Shown here piece after piece: positions 1 to 13,975 of a stretch of 64,000 bases of DNA. Made by a program: the position numbers and the translations under genes. The stretch lies in NCBI RefSeq assembly GCF_009914755.1, contig NC_060947.1; one strand, given 5' to 3'. Under the pieces are notes generated by a model. That model was not told where the DNA came from. It saw only the letters and a program-made list of their open reading frames with translations, and searched no databases. The stretch is from the human T2T-CHM13v2.0 reference genome, Homo sapiens. Every line of letters begins with the position of its first letter. Position 1 is the first letter of the stretch.

Positions 1-234
1 AGCTCTGGGTCTCTCCTCTTTCCCACACAGGCACATACACACAGAGGCCCACACTACTTTGGTGGCCTCCACTGAAAATATACACACATAACCCTTTGCA
101 TATATTTTCAGGGAGTATATATATCTTCTGAGGCCCCTTCATGAGCCACTCTGCAGCTCAAGGACCCCACATCACAGAGGCCTCTGACCTAGAAATGTGA
201 ACACAGACTAGGTCCAGTGGGCATGTTGTTTTTA

Positions 235-490
235 AATCCTTTCTATGTTAGAGATGCATACTGGAGTATTACAGATGATGTGATCTGTTGTCTGAGATTT
301 GTTTGCAAATACACCCAGCTATGAGGGGATGACAGGCATGGGGAGCAGCAAGATAGCTCCAGCAAGAATGCCCATAAGTTGCTCATTGTTGAAGCTGGGA
401 GATGGGTACATGGGAATTCATTCCACTGGTCTCTCTACTGTTTGTGTGTGCTTAGCAATGTCCATAATCAAAAGTTATATAAAAAAATTA
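235..490 (+). mobile_element. Old L1 (L1MC/L1ME-type) 3' end fragment
   Basis: gatgggtacatgggaattcatt...ctctctactg...tccataatcaaaag resembles the old L1M 3'UTR end. Confidence 0.6.
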
Positions 491-529
491 GGGTGAGTGA
501 CTTGGTATGTGAAATGTGAATTATATCTC

Positions 530-956
530 TGTCAAAAGACAAAATTGCAACAAATACAGTTTAAAGATATGAATTGGCTTTAATTGTGATTCTAGAATCT
601 AGCAGCACCTCATTCTATAAAATAGAATAAGTGTTCACATGAACTGAGCAGGGGAGTTTGGTTTTATAGACAGAAAAGGGCCGAGGAGAGCAGAAACAGA
701 GAACAAAAAGCAAATTCCAAAGTTACTTTCCTTGTAAAGGTTAAAGCAGAGGGGACTTATCATGCTGGCTAAAACTGGCTTGTGGTATTTGGCTATTCTC
801 TCTCACTCTTTTGATTTCTCAGAAGATCAGATAAACAACTTAGTTTCAGCTTGGTGAAATGCAACCTTGGCATGAGTGACTGTTTTGGTTTGGTCTGTTG
901 GGTCTAGCGCAGGAGCTCAGTCCAAATCAATGGGCTCCTATAAATTTTATTTAATA
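530..956 (-). mobile_element. ERV1 MER4-group solo LTR (MER57-like)
   Basis: tgtcaaaagacaaaattg...cctataaattttatttaata termini and internal sequence typical of the family. Subfamily uncertain. Confidence 0.65.
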
Positions 957-1729
957 TCTTCATAAGACTGCTTTTAAAAACAATTAACCTCCTTATCTGA
1001 TCCACCTAAATCTGCCAGTGGACACATGTACTAAAGGCCAAGAGAGAACTATTTAATTTCCTGCTTGCTGTTCTTTAAAGTCATAACAGTTAATCAAAAC
1101 CTCTTGATCTTGCTAAGATGGCAGAACCACACCAAGCAGGCCTCATTAGGGAATTGAGAAGACCAGTTGCTGTATATGAAGGACTACATGTACAAGGACT
1201 ACTCTGCTAATAGCACAATAATGATAATCATCATTTACATTCCAAGGTCAGAGCACTTTATGAAGAGACATGAAACTGAGAGTTACCAATACCCTCTCCA
1301 GAAGCAAAAAAAAAAAAAAAAAAAAATAGCAGAGATCCCATTAACAGGCCTAATTCCCTGCTGTTTAAAGCTTGGAATAAAAAAGATGTTTCCTGAGTGG
1401 ATTTCAAAGTTCTTAAAGCTAGCAATTTGTGAGGTTTCTTAGCAAGGTCCCATAATAATCAAACAGGTTTTCTATGCAGGAGGATATGGGGGTGGAGGGT
1501 GAAGAGTGACATCCCTACCTGTGTGCAAACATTTGCAAAGAGGCTCCCTCCTCTCCCTTCTTGTCCTGAAATGCTGAAGGGACCTTCCCCCCATAAGCTC
1601 CCCATACAAAAAAAAAAAAAAACTGTGGTTCTTGCTTGGGAGGTAAATAAACCTATAGCCATCTGCAGAGTTGACTTAACCACATCTCCATTTTTTTATA
1701 GCATATGTTCCTCTACCACTGCAACTTCT

Positions 1730-1860
1730 TTATAAAATGGGGATGACAATGGTCCCTGCCTCAGAGGGTTGATGTGAGGTTTAAATGAGATTTTCCGGGT
1801 GAATACCTCAGAATGAGGCCTGGGCACACCACAAACTCTCAATAAATGTTAGTTATTCTT
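1730..1860 (+). mobile_element. MIR
   Basis: MIR core aaaatggggatgacaat...gtgaggtttaaatgag...aataaatgttagttatt. Confidence 0.75.
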
Positions 1861-3402
1861 ATTCATGTTGTTTTCTTTGGCTCACTGCAGTACAAGCCAA
1901 GCCATTCCTTAGATATAGCAGAGTGATAGCCAATAGCATCCATCTGGCCCCTTCCTCTCTAGTGGACTTACATAGGACCAGGCTGCTAAAACTATCCAGG
2001 GGGCAGTAGGTAGGGAGGAGGAAGTAGAAGGGAGGTGGAGATAAGAAGACAGTGGAGTCTCCGCTGGGCTTAGAAAGACCTAGAAGTCTGCTCTGTCCGG
2101 TCGCACACACTGGTGTAGGTTGCCCATCCTCTTTCTTTTCTTTAATCTGCGTTAGTGATATCTCCATGCCTTCTTTTTTCCCTTTATGACTGTCCTTGAT
2201 GTGCATTTCCCCAAATTTCATCTGGATGTGTGCTAGGCCAGAAGGAAATGACCACAGAGTGTGATACCTGCCTCTAATCTTCACTCAGGGCTGGCCATCA
2301 ATTTGCCACTCCCACTAGTGTGATGATGTTACCCCTAATTGAGTGCACTGAATCAGTGCTTCACCATTCAAATGGTAATTGTTCCCTCTCTCAGATTCTC
2401 CAAATGGAAGTCCTACTTTAGCACCATGTTAGCAGCAAATGGAGAAGTGGTAGCCATCCTTCCCAAAACCTACTCCTTCTCTATTCCCTTGTTTCAATTA
2501 GTTTTGTTTACAATAACTTTGGTTATTTCTTTAAACAATTTTTCTATGCAGAAGGCCATGAAGGCATTTTAACCAGCCCAACCCTCTAAAGGATGCTCTC
2601 TGAAGTCCAGCCAGTCTACAACACTGTGAGGGGAGCTCTGTAATCTGCTCTTCAGAATATACCCTGATCCTTATTTTGAAATTCTGTAAGTGGTACTTAA
2701 TAAGGATGCCAGCTGAGTAGCACCAAACAAATAAGACCAAAAGAAACCTCCACAACTCCTGGTAAATAAGCAACACAGAACATCTGATTTTACCTAAATC
2801 GAATCTTGAGTGTCTCTTGGATGAAATTTTTAAAATAAAAAATAAAAGTGAATCCTTATTTAGTGGATATAACAAAAACCATAAGAAGAGAGTAACCAGC
2901 ATGCTCAGAACAAGTCCAACTACCCCCACAAAACAGACTCCACTGCCATTGGTCACAGTCACATTCCTCTGGGACCCTGGAGACTACATATGCAAAGAGC
3001 CACAGGTTTTGGGGGCCTGGTGAGCAAGGGTCAACAGATGACAAATTGTGTGGGGCCCAGAGCCCAAAGAGCCAGTTAATATCTCTCCAACAATGGCCCT
3101 TCTGGAGGACACTGGCCCCATTTTTCTCTTGGTCCCATTGTTCTGCCCAGGACCCAGGGTTTCAAGGGCAGGCTCCAGCTGCCTTTGATGACAAGACTAG
3201 GTTGTGAGAAACCACAGATGGGAAATGGTGGCATATGCACTCTGGGTCACACTTACAGAGGCCATTAGAGCAGGGACATTCAGCACCCAGCCATCTGGCC
3301 ACTGCAGGAGGAGAGCAGGACCCTGCCTTTTGAACAACTCTCCAAGGAGCCCCTCTGTCACCAACTTATCACTGTGCAGTCCTGTGATCCTCCGGATCTC
3401 TC

Positions 3403-3638
3403 TTTTTTTTTTTTTTTATACTTTAAGTTTTAGGGTACATGTGCACAACGTGCAGGTTTGTTACATATGTATACATGTGCCATGTTGGTGTGCTGCACCC
3501 ATTAACTCGTCATTTAACATTAGGTATATCTCCTAATGCTATCCCTCCCCCTTTCCCCCTCCCCCCACCCCACAACAGGCCCCAGTGTGTGATGTTCCCC
3601 TTCCTGTGTCCATGTGTTCTCATTGTTCAATTCCCACC
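3403..3638 (-). mobile_element. L1PA 3' end (5'-truncated)
   Basis: Poly(T) followed by tatactttaagttttagggtacatgtgcacaacgtgcagg, the L1PA 3'UTR. Confidence 0.95.
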
Positions 3639-3659
3639 ACTTTTTTTTTTTTTTTTTGA

Positions 3660-4060
<401 letters not shown>

Positions 4061-4307
4061 TGAATCTCTTTTTATATCACTGCCTCTCCATCCCCAGCCT
4101 GGTGCCAGATGCCAAGGCAATAGCCACGCTTGTGGGGCCAAACCAGGAACCCATGTGTTAACAAAGCAGCTGGTTCTTCCATGCAATCTGGATCCAGCTG
4201 TAAATATGGCAGTCATGAGGAAGGGCACAGAGCTGGTGAAGAAATGCAGCAAGTCCACTTTTCCTTAGGCATGTGGAAATCATATGCTTTGCTGAGTGCT
4301 GTGACAC

Positions 4308-4598
4308 TTTTTTTTCTTTTGAGACAGGGTATCACTCTGTCACCCAGACTGGAGTGCAGATCTCAGCTCACCACAACCTCCACCTCCCAGGCTCAAGCGA
4401 TTCTCCTGCCTCAGCCTAACGAGTAGCCTGGGATTACAGGCTTGTGCCACTATCGCCCGGCCAATTTTTTGTATTTTTAGTAGAGATGGGGTTTCACCAT
4501 GTTAGCCAGGCTGGTCTTAAACTCCTGACCTCAAATAATCCACCCCCCTCAGCCTCCCAAAATGCTGGGATTACAGGAGTGAGCCACCGCACCTAGCC
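4308..4598 (-). mobile_element. Alu (S/J)
   Basis: Dimeric Alu; TSD tgctgtga. Confidence 0.9.
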
Positions 4599-5079
4599 TG
4601 CTGTGATGAATTTTTAAAACAATTTTAGATTGGGTTCACTCTGATTGCCAAATCTCTACTGCTAACTGCTGTGCACACAGGGAGATCACACCGGTTTTTG
4701 TTATGAATGTAAGTCAGGAATGGATTGAAAAGTCATAGATGTGCTGTAATAAACTCTCAGACTGGAATACAAAAATATTTTAATTCCCTTGGAGCCAGAC
4801 CTGAACCTCAATGAACTAGAAACTTCTTGACCAGTGACTTCAAATAACCAGCAACTTTCTCCTGGCTTGCCTCAACCCCTTATAGGAAAATGAGCTATCT
4901 CTTTTTATATCACAAGAGAGTGGAAAAAAAATTGAAGTGGAGAATATTTTGAGCACATCACATTCAGCCCAGTCTCTATTTCTCTATCTGTGGCACTTGG
5001 TCATTTGTTGTCAAATTTGAGTGGGCACCAGAATCATCTGGAGTGCTTGCTTAACAAAAAGAGTCTCAAGCTCACCTTC

Positions 5080-5480
5080 AGTCATTCAACTGGAACATCA
5101 ACTAATATCCAGAAAATACCTGCTATATGCCAGGCACCATGGTAGGTACCAGGGATCCAACACTGAAGAAGAAAGAGTCCCTGTCCACAAGAAGCTTACA
5201 ATTTAGTGAAAAAAACAGGCAAGAAAGAAAGAAGGTAATAGCAGGCATCTATGAGTGCTATGAAGTAGACAAAACATGGAGGTGATAAGGAGAGACTAGG
5301 GTGGGGTTATGGTTTTAGATAGGGTGACCAGGACAGACTTCTTTGAGGAGGTGACATTCTGCTGAGGCCTGAATGGATAGAAGGAGCCAGCCATGGAAAA
5401 GGCATTATATCAGAAGGACGAGCAAGTGCAGAGATCTTGCTGTGATAAAAATGTGTTTGGTCCATTCAAGTGCAGAAGGA
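5080..5480 (-). mobile_element. L2 3' fragment
   Basis: tatatgccaggcacc...gaggaggtgacatt...gaggcctgaatggatagaaggagccagcc L2 signature. Confidence 0.7.
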
Positions 5481-5487
5481 CAGACAG

Positions 5488-5776
5488 GGCCAGGTGCAGT
5501 GACTCACACCTGTAATCTTAGCACTTTGGGAGGCCGAGGCGGAAGGATCACTTGATCCCAAGAGTTTGACACCAGCCTGGGCAACAAAGTGAGAACTCAT
5601 CTCCAAAAAATATGAGCAAAATTAACCGGGCATGGCGGAGCATGCTTCTAGTCCCTTCTACTTGGTAGACTGAGGTGGGAGGATCGCTTGAGCCCAGGGA
5701 GGGTTCCAGCCTGGACAACAGAGTGACAGAGGGAGACCCTCTCTAAAAAAGTAAATAAAAAAATAAAAATAAAAAA
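5488..5776 (+). mobile_element. AluJ with internal deletion
   Basis: Alu left arm, shortened right arm, A-tail. Confidence 0.85.
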
Positions 5777-6044
5777 CACAGAAAGAAAGCCGACAGAGGT
5801 CCAAGAAGCTGAATATTGAACAATTGCCCTCCTCCTCCAGGTGATTCTGAGATAGAGGCCCAGTTGAAAATCCCTAGAATAGACAGTCATTCAGAACCCT
5901 GACCCTGAGGCTTGAAACATCATCCCAATCAGCAAAACTGTGCTGTGCTATTTAACGAAAAGGAAAAGATTTCCCAGAATTGTGACTGGTACACAGTAGT
6001 ATCTGATGAATGAATGGCAGCCAGCACCAAAAATCTCCTGATGC
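5777..6044 (+). repeat. ~270-bp local duplication, copy A
   Basis: Aligns directly with 8049-8318. Confidence 0.95.
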
Positions 6045-6121
6045 TCGATGAGTTCATTTTCAAAGAAACAGAATTTTTCTCAAACAAAGCTTCAAAAGAA
6101 GTGAGATAAAAAAACTTTCTC

Positions 6122-7160
6122 AAAAGCCAAAATTGACAAATGGGATGTAACTAAACTAAAGAGTTACTGCACAGCAAAAGAAACTACCATCGGAGTGAAC
6201 AGGCAACCTACAAAATGGGAGAAAATTTTTACAATCTACCCATCTGACAAAGGGCCAATATCCAGAATCTACAAAGAACTTAAACAAATTTACAAGAAAA
6301 AATCAAACAACCCCATCAAAAAGTGGGCAAAGGATATGAAGAGACACTTCTCAAAAGAAGACATTTATGCAGCCAACAGACACATGAAAAAATGCTCATC
6401 ATCACTGGCCATCAGATAAATACAAATCAAAACCACAATGAGATACCATCTCACACCAGTTAGAATGGTGATCATTAAAAAGTCAGGAAACAACAGGTAC
6501 TGGAAAGGATGTGGAGAAATAGGAACAGTTTTACACTGTTGGTGGGACTGTAAACTAGTTCAACCATTGTGGAAGACAGTGTGGCGATTCCTCAAGGATC
6601 TAGAGCTAGAAACACCATTTGACCCAGCCATCCCATTACTGGGTATATACCCAAAGGACTATAAATCATGCTGCTATAAAGACACATGCACACGTATGTT
6701 TATTGCAGCACTATTCACAATAGCAAAGACTTGGAACCAACCCAAATGTCCAACAATTATAGACTGGATTAAGAAAATGTGGCACACATACACAAGAAAT
6801 ACTATGCAGCCATAAAAAAGGATGAGTTCATGTCCTTTGTAGGGACGTGGATGAAGCTGGAAACCATCATTCTGAGCAAACTATCGCAAGGACAGAAAAC
6901 CAAACACCGCATGTTCTCACTCATAGGTGGGAATTGAACAATGAGAACACTTGGACACAGGATGGGGAACATCACCCACTGGGGTCTGTTGTGGGGTGGG
7001 GGGAGGGGGGAGGGATAGCATTAGGAGATATGCCTAATGAAAATGACGAGTTAATGGGTGCAGCACACCAACACGGCACGTGTATACATATGTAACCAAC
7101 CTGCACGTTGTGCACATGTACCCTAGAACTTAAAGTATAATAAAAAATAAAAAAATAAAA
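6122..7160 (+). mobile_element. L1PA 3' ~1 kb (ORF2 C-terminus, 3'UTR, poly(A))
   Basis: ORFs ...[20 protein letters not shown]...[19 protein letters not shown] are L1 ORF2p; G-rich 3'UTR and A-tail. Confidence 0.97.
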
Positions 7161-7884
7161 ATCTGTTTCTTCTTGCCCACTAGTTACCCAAGAAAGCATT
7201 GTGAGAATCTCCCACTTTCTGAGCAGCCATGTCCAGGGTAGTCACTGCATTCTGAGGTAGGAGCTCAGCCTCACTGTGGAGCCCTGTGGGCTTACAAGAA
7301 TAAGAACTGATTGAATCAGCTGAGCTCACTACTGGGATCAACCAGCTGTGGCCACAGCCAACTGGGTTCCTTGGAAGGCCCACATCAGAATTTGTTGATG
7401 CCAGGTGCCACCTACAGGCTGCTGGGAGCCTGGCCTATTCACTCAGGAATCCCGGCCAGGGTTGCTATGGGGCCTGCCCAAGCCTCCTGGAACCTCTGCA
7501 TGATCCCATTGAGTAATGAGGGTCTGGGTCATGTTTTGGGGCCTCTCCCCTGTCCCTTCATGCATCTCTCCCAACACCTCTTACCTCAGGCAGCCAGAAC
7601 CACGTGGGGCAACTTTAACCTGGACCAGTGGTGGTACCTGGTGCCACACCTAGACAGGTTTATAAAATCTACACTCCAGATCTCTTCGTCTCCCTCCTGC
7701 TTCCTTTGCCAAACGAAGCCTTCCTGTGGAGGCTTCTACTTCTGGGAAGATGGAATAAATGTACTACTTTTCCCCATTCTTCCCACTAAGTACAAATAAG
7801 AATGCTAGACTGTATATACATTACGTACATTATATACTTTTTAAAAGAGAAAGAAAAAGAAGAAGATTCAAAGGTGGAGACAGG

Positions 7885-8048
7885 GGCCAGACATGTGGGG
7901 TCACACCTGTAATCCTAGCATTTTGGGAGGCCAAGGCAGGAGAACCCCTTGAGCCCACGAGTTCCAGACCAGCCTGAGAAACAAAGGGAGACTCTGTCTC
8001 CATACACAGATAAAATAAAATAAAATAATGAAATAAAATAAAATAAAA
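7885..8048 (+). mobile_element. Alu left monomer with (TAAAA)n tail
   Basis: ggccagacatgtggggtcacacctgtaatcctagc...gagactctgtctc followed by an A-rich tail. Confidence 0.85.
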
Positions 8049-8318
8049 CAGAGACAGAAAGCCCAGAGAGGTCCAAGAAGCTGCATTTTCAACAAGTGCC
8101 CTCCTCCTCCAGGTGATTCTGAGATACAGGCCAGGTTGAAAATCCCTAGAATAGACAGTCATTCAGAACCCTGATCCTGAGGCTTGAAACATCACCCCAA
8201 TCAGCAAACCTGTGCTAAGTGCTATTTGCTGAAAAGGGAAAGATTTCCCAGAATTATGACTGGTACACAGTAATATCTGATGAATGAATGGCAGCCAGCA
8301 CCAAAAATCTCCTGATGC
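8049..8318 (+). repeat. ~270-bp local duplication, copy B
   Basis: Aligns directly with 5777-6044. Confidence 0.95.
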
Positions 8319-9361
8319 AGAATCCCATCAAGCTTATTCAAAATGTATATGAAGAGCCAGCGGAACTTATGAATAGACAAAACAATTTCGATAAAGAACA
8401 AACTGGGAGGAATCATTCTATCTGATTTCAGGACTTGCTACATAGCTACAGTAATCAATACAATGTGGTATTAGCAGGGGGGTGGACACATTGATTAATG
8501 AATAAAATAGAGAAGCCAGAACTAGACCCACACAAATATGCCCAATCGATTGTTGACAAAGGTGCAAAAGAAATTTAATGTAGAAAAGATGGCCTTTTCA
8601 ACAAATGGCATTGGAACAAATGGGCATCAATAGGCCAAAAAAGATAAAATAACGCAAAATGGATGATGGATTTAAATATAACATGTAAAACTAGAAGGCT
8701 TTTAGAAAAAAAACAGGAGGAAATTTTCAGGATCCAGGTGTAGGCAAAAGTTCTCAGATGTGACACCAAAAGCACAATCCATGAAAGGAAAAATTGATAA
8801 GTTGGACTTTATCAAAATAAAACCTTTTTCTCTGTGAAAGACCCTGTTAAGAGGATGAAAAGACTAGGAGAAAATATCCAATAAAGGACTAGTATCTAGA
8901 ATATATAAAGAATTCTCAAACTTAACAGTAGAAAAACAATCCAATTAGAAAATGACCAAATGACACGAACATATACACATATACAGATGGCAAACTAGTA
9001 TATGAAAATGAGTTCAATATTGCTAGACATTAGGGAAATAAAAAATAAAACCACAATGAGATACCTATCAGAAAGGTTAAAATGAAAAAAAAATAGTGAC
9101 AACACAAATGCTGGTGAGGATTTGGAGAAACTGGATCATTCATACATTGCTGGTGGGGGTGACAAATGATACAGCCACTCTGGAAAACATCTTGGCCATT
9201 TGTGCTTTCTAGGGGGAGGGGAGAGTTTAAGGGAATTTTTATTATACAAGTAGTTCCTCACAGTGATTTGAAAAAGTATGAGACCATATGAAGAAAGTTT
9301 AGTAATTTCAGATTTACTTTGTAAAAGCATGCTGACAAATATTAAATGTTATACTTGCAAC

Positions 9362-9586
9362 ATTTATATATATATAAACATCTATATATCTGTAGAGATA
9401 TATACATATCTCTACATACATAGAGATACATAGAGATGTTTATATATATATAAACATCTATATATCTGTAGAGATAGGGTCTCGCTATGTTGCCCAGGAT
9501 GGTTTCAAACCTGTGGCCTCAAGAAATCCTCCTGCCTCGGCCTCCCAAAGTGCTGGGATTACAGGTGTGAGTCACCATGCCTGATC
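9362..9586 (-). mobile_element. Alu left monomer (FLAM-like, 9468-9586) with expanded TA-rich tail
   Basis: gtagagatagggtctcgctatgttgcccagg...gtgagtcaccatgcctg, preceded by TA repeats. Confidence 0.85.
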
Positions 9587-10242
9587 AAATGTTATACTTG
9601 CATTTTGAACGCTGTAATATGAAATTGAAACACAAAACATCCAATGTTAAACACTGATCTCCCCTGCCTGACTTGGATTTAGATATTGAGTATTTTGTAT
9701 TTTATAGAAAGGAACTTTCAAAGTTTTGTTAATGTATGTACTTATAGTATATATCATTATTCCTCACCAAAATTGTCATGAAATTTAAAAGACTGGTATT
9801 AAAAGTTTTTTTTTTTTTGAATATTTTAAAACCAGTTTGGATTAACCTTCAGATTTTCAGGGCATGATCGATATGCAAATAGAGAACCCAAGAATGGGTT
9901 TTAGGACATTTAGGGTAAGTTTGTTTACAGTTGTGACAAAAATACCTTCAACTTTTAGATATGAAAAAAAAATACCCTAAGCAAACATAAAAGTAGTTGG
10001 GTCAAGTTACTTTTTAATACAAATAATACATTGTGTCAATCAATTTTTAAATCAAATTCTCAAAAGCATTTAGAAAACATTTGTATTTTATAATTGTCAA
10101 ACAATGCATTTATGTAGTGGAAGAAGATACAAGTAAAGCTTATAAAATCAAAAACTCTCAAACTTTTCCAATTTCCAGGATAAGAAATTTGCAAATTAAG
10201 AAATTACTGATTTGTTGGAAAATATGCCTTAGTTTTACTCTC

Positions 10243-10317
10243 AACTGCTTGACATACAATTAACTGCTTGACATACCATTAACTGCTTTACATACATTAA
10301 CTGCTTGACATACAATT
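10243..10317. repeat. Minisatellite, 4 x ~19 bp (aactgcttgacatacaatt)
   Basis: Four near-identical tandem units read directly. Confidence 0.9.
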
Positions 10318-10899
10318 TAATACTTAAAAAGACTGTATCTAAGCTATTTAATAATATTCATAGAGTATTACTTCTCTGGACAGACGTGTTTCATACAACA
10401 GTTTTCAACTGTTAAGAGGAATTCACTTGATAATTTTAATCATAATTTAAGATTGATTAAGGAATTAATTTATTCAGTAATTTAGATGCAATAAACACCA
10501 ATAAAAGGAATAATCCAGTAATTGCTCATTGTGCAATTCTGCCCATTAATACTGAGCTGAGAATTTGATAGATATTTCACTCAGTTGAATTACGTGTTTC
10601 TATGTGAGATATTGATCAACAAAAAAAATAGGTACACAATGTTAAGCTTTTTCCTTTTTCTTTTTTTGTTTTAACAGCAGGTCAATGATTTAGGGAGTTG
10701 GTTAGTACAATCTACGAACATAGCAGAAAAGTACAAAATGTCACATAACACCAATGCCAGTACTTGTCCCATTATGGTTTTAAATAAGGGTATTATTCAT
10801 TTTTATGTTGTTTTCTTCTTTAAAACGTAAAACAAAGCCATTAACTTGAATTTGAGGTATACACACAATACATACACAATTGTATGCAAAATACTTTTC

Positions 10900-11667
10900 T
10901 TTTTTTTTTCTTTTTTTAATTATTATACTTTAAGTTCTGGGGTACATGTGCAGAACGTGCAGTTTTGTTACATAGGTATACATGTGCCATGGTGGTTTGC
11001 TGCACCCATCAACCCGTCACCTACATTAGGTATTTCTCCTAACGCTGTCCCTCCCCTAGCCCCCCAACCCCCAAGAGGCCCTGGTGTGTGATGTTCCCCT
11101 CCCTGTGTCCATGTGTTCTCAATGTTCAACTCCCACTTATGAGTGAGAACATGTGGTGTTTGGTTTTCTGTTCCTGTGTTACTCTGCTGAGAATGATGGT
11201 TTCCAGCTTCATCCACGTCCCTACAAAGGACATGAACTCATCATTTTTATGGCTGCATAGCATTCCATGGTGTGTATGTGCCACGTTTTCTTTATCCAAT
11301 CTATCACTGATGGACATTTCGGTTGGTTCCAAGTCTTTGCTATTGTGAATAGTGCCACAATAAACATACGTGTGCATATGTCTTTACAGTAGCATGATTT
11401 ATAATCCTTTGGGTATATACCCAGTAATGGGATGGCTTGATCAAATGGTATTTCTAGTTCTAGATCCTTGAGGAATCGCCACACTGTCTTCCACAATGGT
11501 TGAACTAATTTACAGTCCCACCAACAGTGTAAAACTGTTCCTATTTCTCCACATCCTCTCCAGCATCTGTTGTTCCCTGACTTTTTAATGATAACCATTC
11601 TAACTGGCGTGAGATGGTATCTCATTGTAGTTTTGATTTGCATTTCTCTAATGACCAGTGATAATGA
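10900..11667 (-). mobile_element. L1PA 3' fragment inserted in the ARL5A retrocopy
   Basis: L1 ORF2 C-terminal peptide on the minus strand; poly(T); TSD gcaaaatacttttc at 10886-10899 and 11668-11681. Confidence 0.97.
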
Positions 11668-12950
11668 GCAAAATACTTTTCATAAGTAGCATTACATTTT
11701 AAAATATTGGAAATGCTATCTGTACTGATTTGCATTTTGACTTAATAGAACAAGAAGAGAACAACATTCAACTAAAGAAGGCTATACTGATAATAAAGCT
11801 CTTAAAATTCAAAATGTCTTCCTCTCCCTTTGTATTTACCACAGGCTACACAATGTCCTGAGAGGATTCATTATGAGAAAAATGTCAATCACAGCTTTAA
11901 TAACTTACTTTTGAGGGAACTAATGAGAAAGCAAATTGGAAGGTGAGACTTATCTGCTTTCAAGTAAGTAGTCTTAATTTTTCTTCTTATAGAAAAAGCT
12001 TAAATAGGTTTATTATTAAATATATTTAAACTATTAATTTTTGCAGCTTTCATAAAGGTCAGCACTTCGTATATACCAAGTCTATGAGAAGACGTCAGCA
12101 AAAATCATTTGATCTTAAACGGTGACATCATCCGTTCAAATCCTACCTTTAATAGAAGTTAGCTTCAAAAAACTGGGAGATTTCCGCTACAGTCATGCAT
12201 TCTTTAACATCTTGTTAATTAGCAAAAATCAGCAATCCAGTTTTTCTTAAGTCCTCATGTGCTAACATTTTACAGTGTTCTTCTCTAGTTACAGAAATCC
12301 TGTCTGTACCGTCCACACAACTATTACAAACTCCGTGTTAGTATAGTAAACATTCCAGAAAGAAAGAAGAGACTCTTGACCACCAATATTCCACAGTAAG
12401 AAACGTGTATTATTAATCACTGTCTCCTTTACATTACTTCCTATTGTACGGGAGTTATGTACAACTTCACTCACAGAAAATTTGAAAAGAATGATAGTTT
12501 TCCCTGCGTTATCCAGTCCCACGATAATAACTTTGTGCTCCTGGTGACTGAACAGTCTCCATGTTTGGTGAATTCCCACTCTCGGGCAGCAAACCCCCCT
12601 CCAATCCCCCTGGACTGCCTGACCGCCCCTGTCTCAAGCTGAGTGGGAGGAGAGAGCCGCACCAGAGTCTCCGCCTCTGCTGCTGGGGCTCCTGCTCTCC
12701 TGGCTCAAGGATATAGCCATCTTGTTGTCAGCCATGAGCCTCGAGGGCCACCATCCTCCCCAAAGTGCTCTGGGCAGCTCCACGTAGGCCATTTCTTTAA
12801 AAAGTTCAACATTCTTCCTAAATCATACAACTACTATATGATCCAGCAATTACACTTCTTGGACATCTCTCCCAGAAAAATGAAAACTTATGTTCACATA
12901 CAAACCTGCACACTAATGTTCATAGCAGCTTTATTCATAATAGCTCAGAA

Positions 12951-13975
<1,025 letters not shown>

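Larger units (their letters stand above)
9202..12786 (-). pseudogene. ARL5A: Processed pseudogene of ARL5A (CDS-homologous part 12105-12579; 5'UTR to about 12786; long AT-rich 3'UTR-like sequence to the left)
   Basis: ORF track shows [17 protein letters not shown]...NNTRFL.W.IGGQESL...[11 protein letters not shown], which is ARL5A. It is intronless, with start codon GTG, frameshifts and loss of the segment between LTSIK and the C-terminal GLEWMMSRLKIR-like end. ggccattt flanks both sides inside an old L1. The left boundary is inferred from that repeat. Symbol is the parent gene. Confidence 0.9.

Noticed and set aside
4308-5776. Oppositely oriented Alu pair as a possible dsRNA/editing substrate
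   Set aside because: Diverged subfamilies and no evidence of a transcript spanning them.
6195-7095. ORFs resembling a conserved protein, repeated at 10968-11643
   Set aside because: L1 ORF2p C-terminus and 3'UTR in 5'-truncated L1 copies; their mutual similarity is family similarity.
7311-7799. 162-aa ORF in mostly unique sequence
   Set aside because: Non-ATG start, no recognisable homology or exon structure, and it runs into an L1 5'-end-like segment.
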